64,000 nucleotides of DNA from Antedon mediterranea (taxonomy: Eukaryota; Animalia; Echinodermata). The DNA is taken from assembly GCF_964355755.1 (NCBI RefSeq), contig NC_092670.1:25716795-25780794 (forward strand). The letters are read 5' to 3'. Numbering within the stretch: the first letter of the stretch is position 1; each line of letters opens with the position of its first letter. A program made the translations under genes and the position numbers. Under the pieces are notes generated by a model. It saw only the letters and a program-made list of their open reading frames with translations, was not told the DNA's origin and searched no databases. This document shows positions 10,990-26,670 of this stretch, one piece after another.

Positions 10990-13900
10990 TGATTCCTTGG
11001 CAATAAAATATTCACTTAGGCCTAGGTCGTTTAAATTTAAAGAAGATTTCCATCAATAAGCCTACATTAATGATAATACTATTAATTTTATTATCAGGTA
11101 GGCCTAGGCCGAATAAATAATAATTCGTTTTCTTCGAGGAGCCGAATCACCGGATGTATTAACCAATAACAAACGGTCTTTCATCACATCTAGGGAGGGC
11201 TAACAACAAATGAGGGCACTATGTCTGCATAGTTTAAATAGTTTAGTTGATTAATTTCTTCAAGAAAGTTACGTGGCGTGACGTGTAAAACGTTGTCTTG
11301 TGATGGTGTGGACAAATCATCCCGAGTTGATGACTCAGTAGATGACTTTTGTTTATTTATTGCCAAACACGAGTGTTGCCACACGAAAATTACAGTCAAT
11401 ATCATCGTACTCGAGAATTTGCTGGATTTTATATGTTTAATGACAGGGACACGTCAATTCATCGTACTCGAGGATATATACGATTTACGATCCTCGCAGC
11501 GGTAGTCATGTGATGCAGTTTCAACCAATCACGTTCACGTATTTACATAGGCTATGTAATTTTATACATTAAAGAACACATAAATTACAACACATTTTCT
11601 TTTCAAAGTACATTTTGTTAATCGCAATGGAATGAATAATTTATTGGTAGTTTTTGGAATTTTGTATACAAGGATGATATAGAATACGTTCGCGTTATTT
11701 TATATGCTTCATGCGCTGCGTTGCATATTGTTCTCACGCAAATAGGCTCAAGACAGGCGTATAGTAGTGCGTACTGCGTAGGGCATATCTGATTGGTCTG
11801 TTTCAGCCGCCATCTTGTTGGTTCCCTCTCCATGGAGAATCACTTTTGAACTGAGATAACATTGGAGTTTACTATCTACCCTTCGGCTATATAAAATCTC
11901 TATATTCTAAAGATTAACTTTAACTTTAAATTAACAATTTCAGTCATTTTTAGAGCAATATGAAAATTCAAATATACAAATTGCATATTTTATTATTAAT
12001 TACTTAAAACTACGGTCGTAAGAAAGTAAACTTTCCGTAGTCCGATTTAGATGAAATTTAAAAAAGATGTTCAGCAATATCTTGTTATTGTCAATTAATC
12101 CTCGACGCAAACATTTGAACAATTCACTCATAGTGCACCACCCACGACCACCAGAAAGTGAATAAATAAACTGTATTAACATGGCCACCTATAGCTATAC
12201 ATCTTCCGTTCTGTTTACTATGGATCTACCTCTTAAAATGTTTGTAGACATTTGTAGGCCTATGTTCATATATCTTCTCGCAGCCCTCACTTGTAATTTG
12301 CAATTTCTAGTATAGATTTGATTTCCACGAGTGTTGAACTAATTTTATAACTACAGTATGCCTATAGGCACCTACATTAAATCACAAATGAAAGATTTTG
12401 TTTAACATCAACCGAGACAGCTGGTTCTTAACCAATATTGATGGATGAGCTAAAAGTTTCATCTTGAAGGCTCTTTATGGGAAAAAACATCAAGAGATAG
12501 ACTATCGTATTAAAAAGGAAAATCTTAAAAATAAAAGATTTGTGTTGTTATAAGTATTACTATTATATAAAGACATAAAACATCACCATAATCGTCAAGT
12601 CAAAATGAAACTAACAATATATGCCCCCACATCACATTCATCAATTGTTCAAGATTATTTAAAGGCTCTAATATCAAATGTAGAACTAACAGTGAGAACA
12701 ACACCGTAAAACTTCGTCAAGAAGCCCATCTCGAAACCACCTCTGTGGCTTTCAAAAATAATCTAAAAAAGAAGCTCATATTTCAAGATAGATTGTATCT
12801 GAAATACGGTATCAATTAATGACAATCAAGCTTCATATATTTATTCTTTATTGTTTTCAAAATGGTACTTCGATTGCATCTTGTATCTTCTTCTTGTCTG
12901 CTTTGTTGACAAAAATGTAGAATTTAAATCAAAATCAAATCAAATTACTTTATTTCCTCCTCAATAGAAAAATATTTTGAGTGTATTTCATAGTATAGTA
13001 CATACTAATCATTTGGTTAAAAGAAATTAAATTATCTAAGAATAATATAACAATAAAAATAAAAATAAAGAATAATATAAAACACTTTACTTTAAAATAT
13101 GAAATAGAAAATAAAACTATACATAAAAAACCTCATAATTGTATACAGATAAATAAAAGTCACACATTATACATCCTTCTATAGTCTGATGGAATACGGT
13201 ACAAATTAATTAAAATATCTCTTTGTTCGACTATTGCAAGACCTCAGAAAGTTAATAGTATTTGTTCAAAGGATGATTTAAATTGTAACTTAGCCTTAGT
13301 GACTATTTCCCACCATAACAGGCCAACACTTTAAATAAGGAAATAAATGACTCCTTATAAAATGCAATTGAGAAAATTGCATATTCGAAAATTGAAGTTT
13401 AACCAAATTTAATCAAATTAGAAAGCATCTAAGTGGAATAATTATCATTGCAGTCTCCTTTTCATTTATTATTATTAATGTAGATTTATTAGGTTTACTC
13501 TATTAATTATTAATGAGAAATCTGGCGTATTGTTAACCATACAGGTGTTTCTGTTTCCGTTTGTTTAAATGGAAATAATTATGTAAGGGCTATCTAAAGC
13601 AATTCACATTCGGTTCACTTATTCCTAAAGATTTCTAACAACTCTGCGGGATTAATCTAAATACCGTTATTGCCGTTCGCTCTAAATTATAATACTGTGT
13701 ATGCAAAAACAAAATAAAAGAAACACTAACTGATTGATTTAAAAGAAATGTATTTATTCAAAATGAATATTAGTATACAAAAATATGAAATAAAGATGAA
13801 TGAATCTCACAAAAGACAGGGAACAACAAGTTTGCTCTAAATGTATTGTATACAACAAATTAGCCTCAATGACGTTTCCCAATAAAATACCGAAGATCAT

Positions 13901-14379
13901 CGAGCCTTTACATTTGAATCAAACGTGTTCAGAGAGGTAAATTGATAGCGATGATAAAGGTAATGTTTTGTAAGTTTAATGGAAGACCTCTAATAGCAAA
14001 ATGTTCAATATTTTCCATATTCATTGAAATTAATAAACATAATAATTTAGTTAGACCTTTTATTAATTATATTAATAGGTGTATATTTTTATTGTGCGAT
14101 CCGCAGCTTGCAATTCACAATGAAACGTGCGTGTTTTCAGCTGTTTTATGACTACTTATATAGGATAGGTGTATTTCACGATTATTAGGTATAGGGTATT
14201 AGATAATAGTATAAATTCACTTTAAAATAGTAAAAATTACACATACCATACCACCCAAAACCTCGGTGTATTAATAATGTTAACGCTTTTCCTTTGCAGA
14301 AATATTCCACAAATTACCACAACAGGAGGATTACCAAATGGATAAGATCCTATCTTTACAGGAAGCAGCACACATTCTG

Positions 14380-14830
14380 GTCTATTATGTTCCACAAGGT
14401 AGCATTGTTTTTCTTTACTACGTTAACGACATGCCTATCAGTGTAAATTGTAAGCTTGTGCTTTATGCAGATGATTGATACTTTGCTAATGTGAAGTAAA
14501 AATCCGATCTTATTAGCCTGCTGAGCAAAGAACTCGAGCCATATTACAATTATTGGTTGGTTGATAATGCATTAAAAATTCACTAAGGTAAAAATGTAAT
14601 TAATTTGAAACAAATAAAAATTAAAACAAGCCAATGACTTTATTGTAACGGAAATGTTATTAAGCAATCAATATATTACATATAATAATATGTTTTTCAT
14701 TTGATCACCCATTAAATAATAACATTGTTATTTAAACAAATGGTGCAAAACAAAATATTTTGTATAGACAAAAAAGCATCGTTTCTAATGATTACGCTAG
14801 AAAACTGCTATATTTTCATCATGTATTTCT
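14380..14830 (+). mobile_element. Decayed CR1/L2-type reverse transcriptase fragment
   Basis: Translates as VPQGSI...YVNDMPISVNCKLVLYADD with disruptions. Confidence 0.75.
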
Positions 14831-14859
14831 GCAAGTTAAAATAGTTGTTTAAAACCATG

Positions 14860-16567
14860 TAACATAACATGGACAATTGAACCAGTAACATTTTGGGAAT
14901 TTATGTAGGCTACAATAAATATAAATGTAATGCAATGAACTGGGACAATAAAATTGTTAACCTAGAAAATGTATTAAAATTGTGGGAGAAAAGAAACCTC
15001 ACATTCTTTGGTAAAATTACAATCATTAAGACACTTGCCATTTCAAAAATTGTACATAATGCAAGTATACTAAATGTTCCACACTACGTCTATCCCAAAG
15101 TAGAAAACTTTATATATAGTTTTCTTTGGGGAAAGAAAAAAGAAAAAATTAAAAGAACAACAATCATCAAGCAAGTGTGTGAAGGTGGTCTTAATATGAT
15201 TAATGTTAAGTCAATGGTAAAATCTCTAAAGTTAAGTTGGGTCAAAATACATCAAAAAAGTCCTGACCCAAGTAAATGGAAGTGCATACCACTCTACTTA
15301 ATTTAAAAGAACACATAGTTTTAAGAGGTTTATCAGACTTCTATGTAGAAATGTTAAAAGATGTGGTGAACATCAAAAATATTATAGGTCGACATCCAAT
15401 AAATGTAGCAGAAATTAAAAACAACAATTGTGGGAAAATAGGTATATTACAACTAATGGAAAATCGAAACATGGTTACATTCTGGATATAAAGTAATTAA
15501 TGATATTATAGTAAATAACAGAATAATAGCACCAGATGTACTAATACCCACTCTATCTAAGACAAAATGGTCTAATAGAATACATGGTGCTTATTCCATA
15601 CCTATTGAATGGAAAGAATCTATAGCGAGAGACCAATACGATGATGAACAAGTGAACACAATTGGGAAATCCTTGTTCCGAAAAGAGAACAAAGGTCAAT
15701 TTTATTACAGTATAGGCATTTTGTAAATTAAATAGCTACCAATTTCATTGCAGAGGCAAAATGGGAAGTAGTGTTCAATAATGCCGAACTAGATTGGTAT
15801 GAAGTATGGACAAATAAAATACACAACTTTAAGCACATAAATAGAATTGGAGAATTTAATTTTAAATTACTACACAATATTTTACCTTGTTAAAAAAGGC
15901 TTAAAGATTGGAAAATAGTAAAACAATATATGTTACAGGTGTAACAAAGAAATTGAATGTGAATTACATATGCTAGTTGAATGTACAGCAAATGTATGGC
16001 TTAAATTTAATGACCTCATATTTAAGTGTTTTCCAACAGCATGTACTATCAATTGGTATAGTAATAACAGGTACACGAAACATAGTTGTAAATGAACTTA
16101 TTTCATTATTCACAGTTTGCATTAACAAATCATGCATTTTGGAAAAATTAGAAAAAACGAAAAAACATAAAGTGATATGAAATTTGTTTGCATTTGAATT
16201 GAAATCCTTAATTACAAATGAATACGGATGTAATTTTATTAAAGCAGACAAAAAATGGGAAAATGTAAAAACATTTCAGAGAACTTACCTTGATTTTATT
16301 TCATTTTCTGTTTTAATATATGCAATATTTCCATTTATCTGTACAGTACAATTTTAAATATACAATATGTATAATGTATCACTAAATATTTTATCAATGG
16401 TTCTATTATAGCTTCATCTGTATAGAGTATATTTACCTTTATGCCAAATATGTAATTGTATCTATATTGTTTTTTTTAAGAATGACAGAATTATTTATAC
16501 TATTATACATTGAAAATGAGAAGAAATTACAATAAAGGTGGGTGATTCAAATGAAAGATAAAAAAAA
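14860..16567 (+). mobile_element. 5'-truncated, decayed L1/Tx1-type LINE (ORF2 C-terminal part and 3' UTR)
   Basis: LGIY..NW..LKLWEKRNLTFFGKITIIKTLAISKIVH..FLW..GGLNM; frameshifts; AATAAA and an A-run at the 3' end. Confidence 0.85.
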
Positions 16568-16649
16568 TTCTGTTCAAACAAAATAATGTGAAGTTGAACG
16601 GCAATCCATTCTATTAAAATTCCTTTACATAAAATGTAATTTCCATCGA

Positions 16650-16680
<31 letters not shown>

Positions 16681-17052
16681 TTCTGGTTGTTTTACTTTAT
16701 CGTTTTGATTTAGCTTTTTGATTATTTTATTTTGTATCTCCATTGAGATCCAGTTATAGATACCCACAGCATTGTTACTATTTTCAGTGATTGATTTACA
16801 TATAATTTACACAGTGCTTCGCAACACAATTGATTAAAATATCATTCCCTCGGGGATGTCAAATATCATATTTTACCTCTAAGCAGGCAATATCTGTATT
16901 ATATTATATGTGTGTGTTATATATCTAAATCCAAAGGCAAAATACTGAAAAAAATGATAATGCTGTGGGTATCAGTGACTGGATCTCAATGGAGATACAA
17001 AAAAAAATGCGAAAAGCTAAATCAAAACGATAAAGTAAAACAGCCAGAAAAG
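16681..17052. mobile_element. Two opposed fragments of the Penelope pseudo-LTR 3' part between (TA)n tracts
   Basis: 16681-16790 (+) and ~16925-17052 (-) match 18330-18435 and 40745-40865. Confidence 0.8.
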
Positions 17053-17076
17053 TTAGTATTATATATATATATATAT

Positions 17077-17500
17077 CACGCCGAGAATGTTAATCAATCG
17101 CTATCCAATCGAGTTTAAACAATACCATGAAAGCCCCAGTGGTCTAATGATTAGGACATCCGCATATCAAGCAGAAGGTTCCGGGTTCGAGCCTCGGTTG
17201 GGGCATTTTCACAGCTTTCCTCGTTTCAAATTAATTAGTTAATTCAATTTCAGTATATCACCGGATGGTTTAGAATTTATTCTGTGCCTGTGATGTTGAT
17301 ATATATAAAAGTATCTCTTCTCAGATCCCGTTTCGTGAATAAAATACTGAAAGATGAGGGCGTATGAATTTGATCTCTGGTGCGCGTGTGTACAACTAAA
17401 GGGACTGTTCCGCCGTACCACGCCGAGAATGTTAAAGAGTTGCTATCCAATCGAATTTGAACAATACCATGAAAGTTCCAGTGGTCTAATGGTTAGGACA
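17077..17500 (+). repeat. ~1.2 units of the tRNA-containing repeat (tRNA-like at 17133-17205), fused to Penelope
   Basis: Starts after (TA)n; the second tRNA breaks after GGTTAGGACA and continues as Penelope coding sequence. Confidence 0.9.
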
Positions 17501-18440
17501 TTATTGAGAAACGTATGCCCATTCTACAGTTCACAGAACGTCTCAGGACTGTTTTTTCCGGAATCACCCATTATTGCATTTCGTAGACCTCCCAACCTTC
17601 GTGATATATTAGTCAGATCTAAATTTAAGAGTGAAATTAACTCTTATGACAGCAAAAATTTTGGCAGTCACATTTGGTTGACTCTACTGAAAAAATTAAG
17701 AGTAACCAAACTGGCCGCATTTTCCGGATAAGACAATCAATTAATTGTCTAACCAAAAACGTCATTTATCTCATATACTGTAATATTTGTGGCAAACAGT
17801 ACGTCGGAGAAACAAAAAACACTCTCCGTATGAGAATGACACAACACAGATCAGCTATCAAAACATTAAAGCTTGATCAACCTGTAGCCGAACATTTTAA
17901 TTCAGCTGGTCACTCGATTGCAAATTTCAGAGTTATTGCAATAGACTACGATGTCAAATGGAGCGACAAAACTCGCAAAGACAAAAAAAACCACTGGTAA
18001 TTACAACTTAAAACCACAAAACCTTTTTGGACTTAACATTAGAAACATATTCCCAGATCGGTAAAATTATTCCATTGACTACCAAAATTTAAGTTTCAAT
18101 ATTAACCACCCTTTAAGCTGTTTTTTAGTTTCATTCCAAAATTGTTTATATCTCTACCAAGCTCCCTTCTTTGTTTTCTACTCTTATTCACTCCACCCTG
18201 TCTCCTTTTTTGTATTTCATTTATTCCTGTCCACCCAGGCAGCACTTGCCAGTTCTTATACTATGACGTTATCCAAATTCCTTCACTTGCACTGATGAAG
18301 GGCTAGTGTCGCTTGAAAGCTCTGCTAACTTTTCTGGCTGTTTTACTTTATTGTTTTGATTTAGCTTTTCGCTTTTTTTTTTATCTCCATTGAGATCCAG
18401 CCATTGATACCCACAGCATTGTCATTTTTTTCAGATTTAT
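17501..18440 (+). mobile_element. 5'-truncated Penelope-like element (Neptune-like GIY-YIG endonuclease, 3' region, pseudo-LTR)
   Basis: PIIAFRRPPNLRDILVRS linker and NCLTKNVIYLIYCNICGKQYVGETKNTLRMRMTQHRS..PVAEHFN; frameshifted; ends at (TA)n. Confidence 0.92.
18289..18325 (+). ncRNA. Minimal type I hammerhead ribozyme in the Penelope pseudo-LTR
   Basis: GCA CTGATGA AGGGCTAGTGTCGCTT GAAA GC TC TGC: both core boxes, stem II, palindromic stem III, 3-bp stem I. Confidence 0.75.
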
Positions 18441-18453
18441 ATATATATATATA

Positions 18454-18487
18454 CTGATAAAGGTCTAGAGTTGCCCGAAAGCTCTGC
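18454..18487 (+). ncRNA. Degenerate hammerhead copy
   Basis: CTGATAA AGGTCTAGAGTTGCCC GAAAGCTCTGC, with a mutated core. Confidence 0.6.
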
Positions 18488-18878
18488 TAACTTTTCCTCA
18501 ACCTAGATTCGAACCTGGAACCTTCTGCGTGATATACAAATTTCATGGTATTGTTCAAACCCGATTGGATAGCGATTCTATAAGATTCTCGGCGTGGTAC
18601 GGTGAAACAGCACTAGTCCATCAAGTGTACGTACGCGCACCATCAAATTGATACATAATATATTTTTTTTAAAGTAGGCGTAAGTTGAAAGAAAGAAATC
18701 CATTTTGAATCACATTGATAGAATCGTCGATTTTTACCAATTGATCGTTTATGAAAAATGCAAATTTACGTAGGCCGAAATGAAATACGGGTCAATGATA
18801 ATGTTGCCGTTGTCGTATACGGCAAATATATTTAGATATCTTAGAGTATGTGTCTATTATTTAAAATATATAATAATA

Positions 18879-19709
<831 letters not shown>

Positions 19710-22700
19710 ATAATTATTCCAATTATTACGAATATATTGAATAATTATTTCCCTTTTATCCACTCATGAATGTGTAGTATAGAAATAAAATAATTTCACC
19801 AAGTTAAAGTAAGATTGTACTTAATAAATATTATAACATTCACGAAATATTATGTGCTGTTAATAATATTAACTTTCTCGTCGCTTCAACGCTTATCAAA
19901 ATTTGGTGACGGAAATTACGAAATAACATTTCTCAAAAACTGTTCGTGAATGCGATGTTCCATAATGCAATCGAATAATGCTTTGCGGAATTTTTAATGA
20001 GATGCAGTAGTAGAGTTATAGAAAAGCACCTGCCGACAATAGTGTTTCTAATGCGAATATCTGATTAGGGTTTCAATTATTCAGAATCGCTTTTATTATA
20101 CTGTCACGATTGAATACTTACCGGAACTTAGAATCACTGTGAAGTTATAAGGTGCAGATGTTTTTCGATGTGTGCGTGTATAAATATCATCAGCGCCATT
20201 AACGCTGGTATATTTGTAACTTCGTCGTACTAAAATGATGTACGAACATTGCATCATCTGAAACGTAAGTATTATATAATTTGTTTTATTTTGTAGACGT
20301 AGAATTTAACTTGATGTTAAGTATCAGTGAGGAGATTAATGTCATGTTCTCCTTAAAACGTTGGAAAAAGTGTTCTCAGATACTCTTTCGTATGCATACC
20401 GAACCTAAATGTTAATATCAGGTTTTTAGTGCTCGGGTGGTAAAGCCATGGGCATACAACAGCACTTTGAATAAAGTTGCTATGAAAAATGAATAAGTAA
20501 ATAAATAAAACATTTAACCATCGAAAAAAATAAAAATTTAATTCCTGTTCATTGTATTTTAATCACATTAGAACATTAATTATGAATAGGATGGTAAAAA
20601 TGTTAAAAATATATATGCCTAAGTAATATTATAATGGCGTTATTAATTACAGTAACAATGGTATTTTTTAATATATGCCTAAAATGATTTGGTATTATTT
20701 ATCTATTCTAGAATATACAACACAAAGTATTGTCAAGTTTAGGCCTAAATGTTGTACATTTTAGGCGATCTGGTCTAAGATCAGGCACGTTTCAATAATT
20801 ATTCAATTATGTCTACAATGATATATAACTAATATAACTCAATAAAGTTGAAAGAAAATTTCATTTTCCAAATGTTTCAAATCATCTGGTACCTAAATAT
20901 AAATGAATGATGACAATTATTTGTTCATAGTCATCGTAAAATCCCGAAAAGAAGCCACTGGACTTTTTTTTTTCTTTAGTACTCTTGGGTGGGCTTCTTT
21001 TTTCAAGATGGATTGTTTTCGAGATGGGTTTCTTTTCGAGATTCCTTTTGCAAACTAAACTAAATTTATTTTGGAAATGAATGCTACAAATTAAATTTGT
21101 TGTCAAATTACTGGTACTTGTTCATAATATATACTTTAATAATAATCGTGACTATTTCCGAAACAAAACGTTGATTTGATATTGAAATAAAGTATAATTA
21201 AATCACATAATATCATCATTCCTTAAAGTCATATTTCATCGGTCTTTAAATATTTCTGGAGCATGTGGGAGCAACTTTATACCTATTTTGTACAGACCAA
21301 TATTAATTAATTTTAACTCATTCAAACATAGTCTAAAGAAATATTTTACTAATCTATTTTAATATAGGCCTATTTTTAAATACTTTGTTTGAAATTCGCT
21401 AAATTTCTATTTGTAATTTAATGTTTTTTTTTTCTAAATATTTGCTATCTTAATTTTATTTAAGTATTCTTTGAGGAGGGCTTCTCGACTGTTATTGTTG
21501 GTATTTCTTCCTCATTGACTTACCCTTTACTTTCTCTGTTTTCATGTTAAGAATATAGCAAAGGTATGATATGATACTTTTAAAAAATGAATAAAAAATG
21601 TCATCTTTAGTTTTATAGTGTAATTGTTTTAAAAGGAAACAATGGGGATATAACATTAGTTTGAATGAATTTTAAATCTAAAACTCATCGCGTTTTTCAA
21701 AGTTGATCTCTTATTATCTGGTAAAAAATATGAAATTATATATCTTGTATTTTGAATATTCTTCATCCTAATTATAAATGTATTATAGAGAATACACATA
21801 TTATTTACTTTTAGAAACCTGAAACCTCAAATTCAACTTTAACAATGTTTCTTTCATAATAGTACAAGTAAAAATGTAGAAATATTTGAGTACAAACATG
21901 AAAGATGAGGAAGCCTATTTAATGTCTACCACAGAGTAAAGTGAATTTAATCTTCTAACCAAAACTAAACTCAATCCATTTTATGTTATTTATCAAGATA
22001 AAAGGCATTTAGTATTTTAACATAAAGCAACTTTCAAAGTAAATAACGTTATTTGTTTCTTTCTATCTGTTTTAAAACTTTGATATTGTTATCTTGATAT
22101 ATTATTTATTATATAATAAATATATTAATATTTTTTTAAATAATAATTTTATTAATCCTTTTATTCATGTAATTTTTTATGAATTTATAGAATAAAATGT
22201 GTAATATTGATGTATTTTATTTATTTTAATAATAATGTGTTTTTATGTAAAGCAATTAAATTCAGACATTGGCGGCTGATTACTACTTTTATACCGAAAT
22301 AGATTTTTTAAAAACAAGGCCAACAGCCATAAGTCGCGTGCTAAAACGCATAGTGATACCGGACCGACAGACAGACCGACAGACCGACATAGTGAACTAT
22401 AGAGTTCTAAAACGTCAGAAAAATACTCAACCGTGTGACAATTTCGAGTGCATCACGATAAGGGTAAAGTGAACAAGACTAAAATTGAACAAATAAGTGA
22501 ACAAAAACCGGAAGATGTTGGACAATGAATCAACTGGTTGATTAAAATGCAGGTGAAATTGAATTCTTTAGACAATAGATCACAATTTCATTTGAATTGT
22601 AATTAAACAATGCAGGTGAGCAGTGGAATATTGCTTAAAGCTTTAACAGGCTATCGAAGCAGTAGAGCGTGACATTGATAAGAATGATACATCGTACTAT

Positions 22701-23079
22701 TTAAGTATTTGAAACCAACAACAAGAAGGGGAACACTGTTTAACGTTAGCCCTGCGACCAACACTGTGAACCATTGACGTTTTGTTCGTTCGGCTCGCGT
22801 CAATCAGTGCATACCTTTACAACTACGAATGAGTTATTCTTGTTTTTCTTACTCAAGTATAGTACAGACATATACAAACTTATAAAAGTAGATGTTAATT
22901 TGTCATTTTAACGAATGAACATAGGTGACATTTATGATTGAAGATAAAAAAAGATATCGGTTAAAAGGATTGATGCATGCCATTCCATGACCTGAATTGT
23001 GTCTATTCTAGCAAATATACCCGCCCTCGGAAATTGTAGAAAGAAGGGTGCGTCAAGGATGCCCTGCTAGTTAACATCA

Positions 23080-25730
23080 GAGGCACAAAAAGCACACGGT
23101 TTAGGTCCTTCAATTAAATGAGAAAGAATTAAATTTTTTTTACGTAGCGAAACAATAAAATACTCCAGGAACAAGACCGGGGCTACTCGAAAAATGAAAG
23201 TGATTTAATAAATGAAATCTCCATATAGAGCAACTCGTAATGACAACACAAAGGAACTTAAACATAGAATAAACGAGGCGCGTAATAAGCTTAATGATAT
23301 ATATCACAATAAATTTCAGGGAATTGTCATTCGCTCTAGAGCCAGATGGGTCGAAGATGGTGAAAAGAGCACCAAGTATTTTTTTTAATTTGGAGAAAAG
23401 GAACCGGATAATAATATCTCCTGACTAAAAACTAAGTCAAATAATTTGGTGTCTAATAATGAAAGTATCCTAAAGGAAATTAGAGATTTCTACCAAACAC
23501 TATTATACTCGTGATTCGACCTGTATACCACTCATTTTCATATATGCGCTTCCAGAATTTGACAGAGAGGATATTGATTATAATTTATGTAAAGCCTCTG
23601 ACCTTTTTTCCATACCGAGTGGTAAATCAACTGGTACCGATGGTCTGTCGACTGATTGTTATAAACACTTTTGGCCTATTTTAGGACAGATTGTGATAGA
23701 CTTATTTAATTTTGCACAAGAACGCCATTTTTTATCCCCTGAACAATCCAGAGGCATCATCTCACTTATTCGCAAACCCGAAAAGACCACGACCGCCTTA
23801 CAAATTATAAACCGATTAGCCTGTTGAATACTGACTACAAAATCTGCGCCAAATCAGTAGGTAATCGCTTAAAAAAAGTAATCAGTCATATCATAGGCGA
23901 ATACCAAACTGGGCGTTTCATAGGAGAAAACATACATACTTGATGTTATTGACTATACAAATAAACGTAAGATTGCCGGCCTCCTTCTCTTTTTGATTTT
24001 GAAAAGGCATTTGATCGGGTAGACTGAGGTTTTCTTAGCAGTACTCTAAATTATTTTTACTTTAGAAACGATTTTAGTTCATGGATTAAAACACTATATA
24101 ACGGTAGCACGGCCTGCGTGTTAAATAATGGTCATTCAACGGGATTTTTCTCCATCGAAAGAGGAGTAAGGCAGGATTGTCCTCTCAGTCCCTACCTTTT
24201 TCTGCTCGTAGCATAAGTTTTGGCCAGAAGAATTAATAATGATAACGGTGTAAGAGGTCTTAACGTGTTAGGGCAAGATATTAAAAGTTTACAATACGCG
24301 GACGATACCACGTTTTTTTTTAGATGGAAGTCGCAACTCGACGACCAGATTAATTGCTTTACTGAATGACTTTAACTTATCATCCGGCCTTAACATGAAC
24401 AACAGTAAATCGCAGTTCTTTCCATTAGGTTCATATGTGGCAGAGCATCCGCCTTACATAAATGATACAGTTATCGCGGTTACTGACGGTCCAGTTAAAT
24501 ATTTAGGTATCAATTTTACACACGATGGTAATTACCTATTCCGCCTTAATTATCTACAAAAATTATCTAGACTAAAGAATCAGCTTAAGATTTGGAGTGT
24601 TATTGTTAAAACATTTGCTATTTGCCAGCTTGTTTTCTTAATTCAAGTTCTCCCAAATCCTCCGGAATCATTTATTCAAAAAGTCCAGAATGCAATCTTT
24701 GATGCTGAACAACGGGATAACTATAGTAACCAAATTTTCTGGAACAATACAAACATCAGAATAGACAATGCACATGTTTATCAAAAGAGGTTATACGAAG
24801 TGGGAATTACTTATATTAAAGATCTTTTTCTTCTTAATGGGGAAGTATTACCATATGAAATGCTTTTGAATAGATATAATCTTATTAATTTTCCTTTTAT
24901 CACATTTTAATGGAATATTAGTTGCTATACCCAATCATTGGAAGCAATTTGATCCCAATATCCCTTTTAATGATTCCGATCATATTTTCTATAATGTAGC
25001 CCATACAATTAATTTGTCACGTTTAATTTACCCTTTGTTAATTATCGATATTATTAAACCTCCAATAGTATATGACAAATGGGGCTTAAATTTCAATATT
25101 ACGCCAGAAAATTGGGAAAACATATTTGAAACACCATTTCGTACTGCTACTGAGGCCAAGATACAATACTTCCAATTTCGCTTTTTGCACCGTAAATTGG
25201 GAACTAATAGGCTTTTCTTCTGGGTATAGCAGATAGTCAACTCTGTACTTTCTGTCATTCAGAAATAGAGACACTTAGAACACCTATTCTGGTTATGTAA
25301 TGTAACCTCAAGATTTATTTTAGATTGTGAACAACTATTCTTTGGAAGACAGTTTGTCCTAACCAAGGAGGAGTTGTTCTTTGGTAAAATTCAAGATACT
25401 TACAACCCAGTAAATTTTAAAAACTTTATTGTAAACAATATATTTTTAACTGTAAAGTGAACAATAAGAAACCAGACTGTAATGTAGTTTTTCAAAAATG
25501 AAATTTACTTTAGAGGTTGAGATACACATCTCATTAGAGAAGACTGCTTCCAAAAAAATACATACAAACTCCTCAGTGATCTATTCGTAAGATGTATGAA
25601 CCAATGATAGACATCTGTTATCAAATTGAGTTATTATTTTGCTTACACTATGGTTAAGAGCTCTGTAACTTATGTATGTATGATTATGTAAGAGAAATTG
25701 AAATTGAATAAAGGAGATGAAAAAAAAAGG
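23080..25730 (+). mobile_element. Decayed L1/Tx1-type LINE ORF2
   Basis: RSRARWVEDGEKSTKYFF, TGTDGL, PISLLNTDYKI, DFEKAFDRV, GVRQDCPLSP, QYADDTT and a C-terminal HLFWLC knuckle; many stops and frameshifts. Confidence 0.92.
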
Positions 25731-26529
25731 ATGCCCTGGTAGGGTAGCTGCTGCTGCAAAAAACACTCACCAACCATGTAGCCACACCTACGTACGTATA
25801 GCATTAAACATTGAGTGTAAATTAAATTGATTAAGAATTTAGGCATAGCAAAAATTATTCCCTCTATATACATGGGAATCCATCTTTGGAACTGCTAATG
25901 CAAAAACAAAATAAAAACAAAAACGTTATAATATATATGTTGCTTATGTTTCTGAATTTTTTTTTTTCGTCCAACAATGTACATATTAAATGAATTAAAA
26001 TATTTAATTAAAACTTAGGCCTACACATAACCTTAGAATCATCAACGGTTACTTTTTTCCGTTAATCAAGGAGGTATTTAACTCCAGGCTTTAAATTGTG
26101 GTTCACATTCAATGTTTATTATTTATGTTATACTTTTTTAAATTACATGGTACACATGGTAGCTAATATGTAGTGGTGCGCAATCATGACAATTATTCTT
26201 ATTATTATGTTTTTAATAAGTTACTTTTTTGTTTTTGTGGTAAATAAAAGCTAAATATGAGGAAACATAATTTTCGAATTTACAGCGTCTACTGTATCAA
26301 ATGATGCTTAGTTGATGTGATCCAAGATCCTATGTTCCATGTTAAAAGACTTCGTATGCAGATATAGATTTTCTGTTCAAACCATCAGATATACAGTAGG
26401 CCTAGTAAGTATAGGCCTACAGTTGAATATAGTGCAATTATGATTATACAGGTTTAATTATAAACCAACACTAAATAATTAAATAATAAAGGGATGCGCT
26501 ATTATAAATTATGTTAAAATACCTGAACG

Positions 26530-26670
26530 TATCCGGACAACTACCCCCTGGACAATTACCACCCGGACAACTACCGCCTGGACAATAACCCCATAGGACA
26601 ACTACCACCCGGACATTTACCCGCTAGGACAACTACCCTCTAGGACAACTACCGCCTTAGGACAACTACC
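26530..26670 (+). repeat. ~9 imperfect 15-17-bp GGACAACTACC repeats, probably the terminal subrepeats of a foldback-type DNA transposon
   Basis: Direct inspection; no partner end seen in the window. Confidence 0.7.

Larger units (their letters stand above)
9150..11160 (+). repeat. Dispersed repeat E, interrupted by two insertions
   Basis: Collinear with the uninterrupted copy at ~50465-50945; an inverted fragment lies at ~16835-16905. Confidence 0.75.

Noticed and set aside
26530-26670. Short repeats with variable linkers as a mini-CRISPR
   Set aside because: The linkers are only 4-6 bp; this fits transposon subterminal repeats.
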